A stretch of DNA of 63,978 bases, counting the filler, from Stramenopiles sp. TOSAG23-3 (taxonomy: Eukaryota), in assembly GCA_900128585.1 (NCBI GenBank). It is 3 parts of 3 records of this genome, joined end to end, with 100 filler letters (N's around TTAATTAATTAA, not from the genome) between each part and the next. Parts side by side here need not be neighbours in the genome. Positions count along the whole stretch, not along the records: positions 42,957 to 63,978 come from LT642364.1; 2 more parts are not named here. One strand, 5' to 3'. How positions within the stretch are numbered: position 1 is the first letter of the stretch; each line of letters starts with the position of its first letter. The notes under the pieces are model-generated. The model searched no databases. It worked only from the letters and a program-made list of their open reading frames with translations, and was not told the origin of the DNA. A program made the translations under genes and the position numbers. Of the stretch, positions 43,953 to 52,536 are shown piece by piece.

Positions 43953-45695
43953 TTAAATTGCTAGTTTGTGCAATGCTTCTTCCATTCCTTGATGCCTTTT
44001 TGATTTTTTCAGGTTAATCTCCGCATATTTCCCCGCGTTCTTCATTAGTTCGGTTCTTGTCAAAGGCCTATCATCGTCCATCATAGCATCTGGCATAGGC
44101 CCATAGTCTTCAAATTTCGGCGGTTCAATTTTTAATTCTACCGTGCCACTTGGAACAGTTGGGCCGTCTCCCATGGGTAAAATATCACTAACCCCTACGT
44201 TCTCGGTGCTGTGATCTGCAGCGATTCCCTGTTTTCCTCCAACGTCGCTTCCGTGGGACTGTACCGTTGCGTAATACATTTGCAAAATTTCGTTTGTGCG
44301 CTGCTCAATCACCCCCAAGTATTGCATTAAGTTCCCGTCTGTAATCCCGTGACTACTATGCAGAACACCCACGTTGCCCATGCTTTTGCAGCCGATAGAA
44401 TCGTACACCGTCAATACCTGGTTTTTGATTTCGCTCAAGACGTAGGTAGCGTCTTTGTGCCTAGCATCGTAATCTTTCACTCGTGCTTCCGTTCGCGCCA
44501 AACGCGTCTCTAATTCCCTCAGAATTTTCTTCCGCTGGGTATTATTCTCATTGTCTTGTCCACGGTATTTTTCAATTTCATTCTTGACTTCACCAATGGA
44601 AATGTCCAGCTTTTCCAACTCCTCATTCAAGTGGTTTACATAATTGAACATGCTGAAGTTTTTCTCTTCCGCCGCTATGAACTTGTCCACCAACACGTGA
44701 ATGTCATTTATTCCCGTGGTCGCCAATATTTTTGCAAACGCTTCCTCGTACGCTGTTATACGCTCCTGAGACAGGGCCAAGTGCGCCTTTTCTTTCGCAA
44801 TTTTCCACGCCCCCGAAAGCACTTTGCGCCTGAGCCGTTGCTCTTCTCCTGCTGCTACTTGCCGCAAACTCTCTTGCTCCTCCTCTGCTTTTTGTCGATC
44901 CAACTCTCGCTTCCTGGCATCTCTCCCCCCGGTCTCCAACGATATGGCATTCCCCAATCGTGCCCACTCTGTCTCGAATGATTTTTGTTCATCTGTCATA
45001 ACAGTCTTCAGCTCGTCCAGTTCTTGCAGCAGAGAATCTCGAATTTCATACGCTTCGTTGGAATCTGCAATAATTTTTGCCATTTTCCTCTTCTTCCCTG
45101 CCAATTCCTGCTCCAGTTTTTTGTACACTGCATCGTACACCATTCGCTGCCGTCTGCTTTCGTTGATTTCCTCCCTTAGGGATTTGTTACGGGACAGACT
45201 CTCGTTGTATTTGATCATGGACTGGTCCAGTTTGTTTTCTAATACTTTCAAGCGCTTATTGACCGCAATCTGGTTTTCTCGCGCAGCATTTATACCGCCC
45301 ATCTTCTTCCTTTGGTCGGAAGACTTGGCAAGCAGCGTATCAATTTTCTCCTGCAAATCGTCAATTTTTCTTTTTTCGATTTCAATTTTTCTGGTAAACA
45401 TGTCCCCTTGATCTTGTAATTTTGCGATGAGGTCGACAGGTTTCCGCCGTTGCTTCGAAGGTGACTTCCCCCCTTCGTTTCCCCCCTTTTTCGAGCTAGT
45501 CTTTTGCCCTGGTTTTGACACGGTAGTGTTGAGTGCCTGCTTTAGATTCTGATTCCTCTTCTTCAAGTCGTTCAAGTCATTTTTCTTGTCTTGCAGTCTG
45601 CCATCGTTTGCTTTTAACGCGGCCAAGACAGAATTTATATTCTGTGCAGCGTCTTTCGTTGCCGTGGCGTTCGTGGCAGTAGCAAAATTCTCCAT
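43953..45695 (-). CDS. ODAD1: Outer dynein arm docking complex subunit DC2 (ODA1/CCDC114/CCDC63 family)
   Basis: Coiled-coil with LENKLDQSMIKYNESLSRNKSLREEIN, KFIAAEEKNFSMFNYVN and NLMQYLGVIEQRTNEIL. Confidence 0.88.
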   Translation of the reverse strand: MENFATATNATATKDAAQNINSVLAALKANDGRLQDKKNDLNDLKKRNQNLKQALNTTVSKPGQKTSSKKGGNEGGKSPSKQRRKPVDLIAKLQDQGDMFTRKIEIEKRKIDDLQEKIDTLLAKSSDQRKKMGGINAARENQIAVNKRLKVLENKLDQSMIKYNESLSRNKSLREEINESRRQRMVYDAVYKKLEQELAGKKRKMAKIIADSNEAYEIRDSLLQELDELKTVMTDEQKSFETEWARLGNAISLETGGRDARKRELDRQKAEEEQESLRQVAAGEEQRLRRKVLSGAWKIAKEKAHLALSQERITAYEEAFAKILATTGINDIHVLVDKFIAAEEKNFSMFNYVNHLNEELEKLDISIGEVKNEIEKYRGQDNENNTQRKKILRELETRLARTEARVKDYDARHKDATYVLSEIKNQVLTVYDSIGCKSMGNVGVLHSSHGITDGNLMQYLGVIEQRTNEILQMYYATVQSHGSDVGGKQGIAADHSTENVGVSDILPMGDGPTVPSGTVELKIEPPKFEDYGPMPDAMMDDDRPLTRTELMKNAGKYAEINLKKSKRHQGMEEALHKLAI

Positions 45696-47177
45696 GATTT
45701 AGTGTACTATACAATGTGGGGTGGGTTGGAAGAAACAAGCCAACAAAAAATAAATACCACCTAATATCACTCACAGGTTGTGGTTGCGCACGTCACACGT
45801 TCAACGTATTACCGGCAGGCCCTCGACGCTGAGCAGAAAACTTCTAATCCTTCTACTTGTGCAACCCCAACAGCAAACACTATGTATTGTATTCTTACGT
45901 CACCTGTTAAAGATTACCATTCAATTGAATTAAGTATTTCTTCAGAACAATGAAATGAACCTTTTTCTTTCTTCAATTTTTGAATGTGCGTTTCTTTCTT
46001 TTTTTCTTCTTTGTTGATATACTGATGATGATGATTGAATAATAATTATATATAATAATAATATTCTTCTATTTTTTTTTTATTATTATTATAATGTAGT
46101 TTTGTGGTGTTGTCCAGCAGCAGAGGATGATGGTATTTTACTTCAATTTTTGTTTTACCGGTAGGTAAAAAAGGCACCCGAACCCGTGCTGCATAACGGT
46201 TTTTCAAAGTCTAATAAAATATAGAATAAAAAAGAGAGTTCTAAATTGGAATAATTGCAATTATAGTTATATAGGAAGTAAACAAAAGTAGTACAAATAT
46301 CCCTATTACTAATTCCAATACATGCACACAGTATAATATTTCCTTCCACAATTTTTTTCATCGTCGCTTTGTTTATTTTGCCTGCCTTCCTTTGCTGTTG
46401 CTTGTTCCATTCTAAAGCTTTTTACAGTTTTACTAAAAGCTTTCTTGTGCCACTTATTATTACGCTCGTAGGCTACGAGTACGTATTTATTAAAAAAACG
46501 TTCAGAAAATAGAAACCAACTGGGTGCTATGTAGAAATACATTAATGAAGGACATGGAGAGAGTGTTGCTAGACTATATAAATTTGTGTGGATGAGAAGA
46601 GCGAGTTGTATTTATTCCCTTCGTCATTATTGCTTTATTCCTTTCTATTATTAAGGATAATTTATTTTATTGTTACTGATCACTTTGTGATAAATAAGTA
46701 TTTAATATAATTAATATAAAATATGAATTATTAGAAATAGAAATATATTATTATCCTTAAAATAAAAAGTAAATTTGCGATTCTTTTATTATTTTTAGAT
46801 TAAAAAATCTTGTCTTCTTCTTTTTCTTTGAAGAAGAAGAAATACGAGGAGTATTTAATACGGGGTTTTACCGGCGTTGGTTAATAATAAATAGTTAACT
46901 AAATAAATATTAATTAAAAAAAAATGTATAATAAAATATAATTAACAACAACAACAAAATCATCATCTTCTTCTTCTCGTCGACGATCGTTTCTATTTTA
47001 TTATTATTAATTAAAATTGAAACAAGTTTCTCCTACTTGAACGAATGAAAAGAATGCGTTTCAAGCTGATAAAATGTTTTATATGATCTCTGTTTCGTAG
47101 AACCAACGTACCATCGGTGCAAAATACTACGTTGAGAGAAATTCATACTGTTCGCTTTAGTGTTTTTTGTACAAAAT

Positions 47178-48515
47178 ATGAGCGAAGCTTCCGCAACTTC
47201 CAAAGGGGGGTCTCCCAAGAGTAAACAAAATGGTGCAAAGGGTGACGCAGGCCCTCGAGGAAAAAATAAACGCGGTGATCGAAAGAAAAAGAAAAAGCCA
47301 AAGAATCCGGACAGCGCAACGGAGACATCAGTCAGAGAAAAGAAAAAGCCAAAGAATCCGGACAGCGCAACGGAGACATCAGTCGGAGAAAAGAAAAATG
47401 TTCCCGTTCCGCTGAAACACAACCGGCGAGATTCTACATCTGGCTTTCCCTCGTTGCACAGTGCAAAAACTGTAAAACTATCTCGAGAGGACAAACGGAG
47501 AGGGAAAAAATTAGGCGACGCTCACGCGGAAATGTTGGCTGTCAAAAAGGCGAGCAGTAAAGAGGACACAAAAACAGCAAAGTCACCGACCCGACAAGAA
47601 GGCCAAAAGAAGAAAAAACGGTCTCCAAGGGGCAAGAAAAAAAACAAGAAACAAGAAACAACACCGGACACTACACCAACAGTAGACAAAGTAGCCGAAG
47701 CCGAAGAAGCAAGTGTTGATAGTGAAACAAAAACGACTGTGGCTGCCGTAGAGGAGGTGCCTCCAGCAGAAAACAAACAGGAGGACAGAAAAAATGCCCA
47801 GGAGCAGCAGAAGCGCGAGGACGACGAAGCGCGGAAGCAAAAGAAACGTATGGAGGAAGAAGCCCGAGAGCGAAAGGCCCAAGAACAAAAGAAGCGGGAG
47901 GAGGCAGAAGCCCTTGAGAAAAAGAAACGCATGGAGGCGGAAGCCAGGGAGCAAAAGGAACGCCAAAAAGTGCAAGCTCTTGAGAAAAAGAGACGTATGG
48001 AGGCGGAAGTCAGAGCGCAAAAGGAACGCCAAGAAGCACAAGCTCTTGAGAAAAAGAAACGTATGGAGGCGGAAGCCAGAGCGCAAAAGGAACGACAAGA
48101 AGCAGAAGCCCAAGAGAAGGTCCGACAGGAGGGTTTGCTACGAGTTAAATTAGCGGAAGAGAAGGAACGGTCCCGGCGCGTTTCGGAGCACAAAGAAGCC
48201 GATAGTGAAAGCAAAGCAATGCGTGAGCAAAACGTTCGATCTGCCAAAAAGTTGGCAAAAGCCGAACGCTTGCGACGATTGTCTGGTGGGGAAAATGACA
48301 AAAAAATGCAACAGAACGCACAGGAAACTGTAGGAAGAGAGACGAAAGCAGTGGAGACTGTTGAAAAGAAGGTAGTGCCTGTAAGGGCCATTAGAAGTGC
48401 CAAAAAGAAGGCAAGCACAGTAGACCAGGGGGACGATACTTTTTACTACATCGCGGCTTCAGGTATCGTTGCTGCAATTGCCGTAGGCGCCTTTTTCCTA
48501 ACTCGCAAGAAGTAA
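47178..48515 (+). CDS. Tail-anchored membrane protein with charged E/K/R tandem repeats
   Basis: ATG at 47178, a 51-bp duplication, 66-bp repeats (KKRMEAEARAQKERQEAQALEK) and C-terminal TM YYIAASGIVAAIAVGAFFL followed by TRKK. Confidence 0.88.
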   Translation: MSEASATSKGGSPKSKQNGAKGDAGPRGKNKRGDRKKKKKPKNPDSATETSVREKKKPKNPDSATETSVGEKKNVPVPLKHNRRDSTSGFPSLHSAKTVKLSREDKRRGKKLGDAHAEMLAVKKASSKEDTKTAKSPTRQEGQKKKKRSPRGKKKNKKQETTPDTTPTVDKVAEAEEASVDSETKTTVAAVEEVPPAENKQEDRKNAQEQQKREDDEARKQKKRMEEEARERKAQEQKKREEAEALEKKKRMEAEAREQKERQKVQALEKKRRMEAEVRAQKERQEAQALEKKKRMEAEARAQKERQEAEAQEKVRQEGLLRVKLAEEKERSRRVSEHKEADSESKAMREQNVRSAKKLAKAERLRRLSGGENDKKMQQNAQETVGRETKAVETVEKKVVPVRAIRSAKKKASTVDQGDDTFYYIAASGIVAAIAVGAFFLTRKK

Positions 48516-49092
48516 ACACACAGCACTGTGCAGGGTTGACGAGCCCAGTTTGATATCGCAGAAAGCAGTAAATCTCTCTTACATTGTCGGATTTTCGTGT
48601 TAACAGTTACAGAATCCGCACTATCAGTTAAAACATAAAAACAAGAAAATTGGCTGTTATTTTATAGTAATTAAAATTAAAGAAAAAAGAAGGTGTCAGT
48701 TCAAGAACAATATCGTCAAGATTCCAATTGATTGGTCTTAAAAGTACACAGCGAACATAAAACAAGAAAATTGGCTAAACATATAATTTAGCTTTTCTCA
48801 ATATGATTAGTTATCATATAAATAATTTAAAAAATATTTTTTACCACTTGGTGTTGTAAATACTCTCTTTTACGATTGTAAGAGGGCATTATGATTCTAT
48901 AGCGCTTCTTCCTCGTATTATTTTGTTTTTGATTAAATGGCTTAAACTACACTTATGAAATTGTGTTTGAGCTTCATCCCAGCGTGGTAAACTTAAATTA
49001 TCTGGGCGCTTGATATTTTTGCAACGGCAACGTGATGCGGCCGTCCGTACCAGCACCTTTTCCTAGAAAAATACTATTTGACTCATACAGGA

Positions 49093-50367
49093 TCACTGCT
49101 TCGTTTCCGTTTTTTCGACCCTCTTTTTTCGTCTTTGGGATACCGAATTGTAATCAGTTTCATAGTAGTAGTCAAACCAAGTAAAGAAAGGCTGAAAATT
49201 ACACATCGGCAGTTCGTGGTGTCGATCGTGGTGAACTGTGCCACCCCAAATGGAGCGCCCTTTGAAACAAACAATTTTGTCCAGAAAGCCAAAATCGTAC
49301 CCAGTGTGTGCTTCTACACTAAGTTGGACTGCAAGCACAAGCCAGACCCACTCTGTCAATGGGTGGCACCCAACGCAGATGGGGATTGCCATGCTAAAAA
49401 GTGCCACGGCCATAAGCTCAAGAAAATGTTCATATTGTGTCACCCACACAAATGGTGCATGGTATTCGTGGTGAATACGGTGGATGTAGCGATACAGGGG
49501 CCGGGAAAGGTGGTGGAAACGGTGCCAATAGTGGTACGATAAATCAAACACTAAAAGGCACACCGTCAGATCCACCATAAACTCGCAATTCGAAGGGGCA
49601 CTGTTTGGGAAAAGGACGTTTCCATCGCAGTGAAGCAAACAAATTCTATTAGATATCAAAAATTGGGACAAAGCTTCTTCTCCGGACCCTTCCGTTGCAT
49701 TTGTCTGTTTATGGTTGCCCCAATGCTCATGGGAGTAATACATCCAAGGGCCTCGCATAATAACTTGGTACACCATTCCTGGAACAGCAAAGATAAAATT
49801 GTTTCTTAGCGAATGCAAAAGTGTATCGCACACCTGGTGGCGGACTAAATTCCCAGGAACCTTCCGTTCCGAGCTCGTCCTTTGTATTTTGTACGGTTTC
49901 GCAAAGTCCGGCTGAAAAATGTGCAGCAGCGCACCAGGCACACACGCGACGAAATAGAACATGGACGACAACGCCCCTGGAAATACAGGGGCATTGACGA
50001 ACGCTACAAACGGCCCATCTTTTGTCATGTAGTCCCAGATGTAACTTAGCCCCGTCGCCGACATTGTCCCTGGTGCTAGGGACTGCCCAGAAAAAAGGAA
50101 CTGGCGCTTCAACTTTCGCACGAATACGCCGAAAACAACTATGCCTACCAAGATGGTCAAAGTCAGAGCAAGGGACGCAATCATGGCTCCCGTGGCAACA
50201 GGCATACCGATGCACCCAGAATAATATTTGATGTAAAACGGATCAGTGCTCTTTTTGACGCCATCGTTCTTACCAGAAACATGTGACTGCAACAGAGTTT
50301 TCGATTTTCTGGTGGAGCTACTACGCAGCTTCCTCTTCACCAGGGCCGCTTTCGTCGAGGTTCCCAT
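49093..50367 (-). CDS. Fatty acid hydroxylase/sterol desaturase superfamily enzyme (cholesterol 25-hydroxylase or C4-methylsterol oxidase-like)
   Basis: His boxes WHRFHH, IHRIHH and HHDRHH, plus CHPLTEW..LSVEAHTGYDF and NFQPFFTWFD. ATG at 50367. Confidence 0.9.
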   Translation of the reverse strand: MGTSTKAALVKRKLRSSSTRKSKTLLQSHVSGKNDGVKKSTDPFYIKYYSGCIGMPVATGAMIASLALTLTILVGIVVFGVFVRKLKRQFLFSGQSLAPGTMSATGLSYIWDYMTKDGPFVAFVNAPVFPGALSSMFYFVACVPGALLHIFQPDFAKPYKIQRTSSERKVPGNLVRHQVCDTLLHSLRNNFIFAVPGMVYQVIMRGPWMYYSHEHWGNHKQTNATEGSGEEALSQFLISNRICLLHCDGNVLFPNSAPSNCEFMVDLTVCLLVFDLSYHYWHRFHHLSRPLYRYIHRIHHEYHAPFVWVTQYEHFLELMAVALFSMAIPICVGCHPLTEWVWLVLAVQLSVEAHTGYDFGFLDKIVCFKGRSIWGGTVHHDRHHELPMCNFQPFFTWFDYYYETDYNSVSQRRKKRVEKTETKQ

Positions 50368-51106
50368 AACGAAAAACACTACGATAAAGGATACGCAGAG
50401 ATTACTTTTGGAATCGATACAGTGGTAACAACGTCTATAAAGAAACCTCCTTCGTGTAGCACAACTTAACTACATTGCAATAAAAGTGACAATGCTTTCA
50501 ATGCGACTTGCAGTTGCTTCTTGTTTCCACATTCTTTCCTTTTTCTTCGTAGTATTTTATTTGAGTCATTATTATTATATAATAAAAAATTATTATTTTA
50601 TATTATTAAAAAACACCACAACTTCTTGAAGATGGTGTGTTGCTGTTCTTTGCGGTGCCCTTTCCAAACTAACAAAAGGAATAACAGGAAAACAGCATTA
50701 AAAAAACTTAACGACCATTACTCGTCCTCCTCTATTTTTTTAAATCCAGCTTGTGTGCCTATATTCTTTGTAGTAATTTGTCATCAAACAATGTAGAATG
50801 TTATATTTAAAAAATAAATCAACCAAAGCAAAAAATTGGGATTAAAGAGGAAAGGAAAAAGGAAGAAGGAAGAAGGAAGAAGAGAAAGTCATCAGAAAAA
50901 AAAAAGAAGAACGAAAGATTTATTTGATTTATATTATAATGTACTATTCTACTGTACCGTACTTTTTATTACATCAAAACAAACAAAAAATGAAGGAGGG
51001 GAAGTGTTAGAATTAAGGTACCGATCTTGATCCTCATGATACCAATAAAAGTGAGATTCGTGGCGGTCGATAGAAAGATAGGTGAACAACAGGTGAAATA
51101 AATATC

Positions 51107-51140
51107 AATATAGATACAGTACGCGTACTGTATCTATATT
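51107..51140. repeat. Perfect 34-bp palindrome
   Basis: AATATAGATACAGTACGCGTACTGTATCTATATT equals its own reverse complement. Confidence 0.97.
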
Positions 51141-51811
51141 TCTGAAATTATTGAACTCCCTCCATTCCACAATGAGCAATTAAAAAAGGAAGGGGAAAAG
51201 CAAGGAAAAGTTATTCGTTTCCAATCAAATAGTAAACATCAATTTTATTATACGATTCATGTGTACTACTAAGTAAAAATCAATCAAAATGATGACTGAC
51301 AAGTACGTAATTCTTCGTACTCTACCTACAAAAAAATCAAAAAGATATTTTTTAATAATTACCACCACCATATCCTCGTACTGTACAGAGATCTATCTTT
51401 CTTTCTTCTAAAAATAAAAATTACATAATAATAAAATACATTTATTTATACCGTAATACAATAGAGTACAAACAGCAAAAGAAAAAAAGTACAATAAATG
51501 AAAAAGGCCTCAGGTGTGTCCGTCCTCCTCTCCTTGCCTATTTCTATATTGTTTTTAGCTGCTACTACTTTTCAGCAGACGACGACGAACGACGATGCAA
51601 GCAAAACATATAAACTCACGAAATAATAAATAAGTATCCAGTTTCCATATAATCCTTCTGTTTCGTTGCAAGGGTCAGCATTCGTTACCATTATTTAGTC
51701 TATGCCTCCTTTTACGGAAGGAATTCGACTTGTATTTGAGGACTTTATTTTTAATTTGCGCGACGCTAATTATCAAACATTAACTTTACAAAGAAGAAGA
51801 TTCAATACACT

Positions 51812-52139
51812 ATGAGCGTACTTGTGAACAGTAAGTTGGCCCAAAACTTTCCCTCACCGTCCTATGTATCCATACTCTGCTCGGCGTAACAACAATTTCT
51901 TTTTCCTTCCTAATCTGCAAACTAACTCTAATTTTACACGATCTCCCCACACAGAAAAAAATATGGACAGCGGAATGTTTTTCCTGCGCTTAAATTTGTT
52001 TCTTGGGACCCTTTTTGCGTGCTTTCCAACTGTTGCTGCCCAGGACGCGGCGGATACTATCGGGACAATTCTCTTTGTCCTCATCATCCTAACTTGTGTT
52101 TGCGCGGGTCTGGGATACTACAAACGCTCCCGAGGTTAA
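51812..52139 (+). CDS. SMIM30: SMIM30-like small integral membrane protein (67 aa spliced; exons 51812-51830 and 51955-52139)
   Basis: FPTVAAQDAADTIGTILFVLIILTCVCAGLGYYKRSRG resembles SMIM30 (LPVVEAVEAGDAIALLLG...GICACLGVYARKR) from memory. A 124-nt GTAAGT..AACTAAC..CAG intron places ATG 51812 in frame with ATG 51963. Confidence 0.72.
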
Positions 52140-52536
52140 AATGAAACTGCAGAAACACACTGAAAGGTTCGCTGGACCACCGGCGTTAAATTTTGCAACG
52201 GACAATGAATTCACTTTTAGTAGTACGTAAGAATCTTACGAAATATGCGAAAAGCGCCTCTGGGGCCGCGAAGGAAGAAAGACCGTATGAACCCGAAGTG
52301 ACGATTTTGTTGAAAACACAAAAATTAAAATTTAAAAAGACAAGTTGAAGAGAGGAGAGAAAACAATGTTGCACACTCGTATTTTTTGTATTTAGCTTTT
52401 TCGTTTCAAACTTATGTATGGGTTATTAAAGTACGATTAACTTTTGTCCTTCTTTTAAATTTATATAGCGCTCGGTATGTTACAGGAGCTTATTCTTATA
52501 AGATTACTATCATACTTAGCGAAATAATAAACGCGC

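Noticed and set aside
12546..45695. Ciliary gene cluster (LC4, NEK, IQUB fragment, ODA-DC2)
   Set aside because: The genes are scattered among unrelated housekeeping genes and split by artificial joins, as expected by chance in a flagellate genome.
47522..48418. Long antisense ORFs (also 8527-9237, 44824-45411, 53746-54546, 38296-38787)
   Set aside because: Shadow frames of real genes with biased codon use, with no independent protein features.
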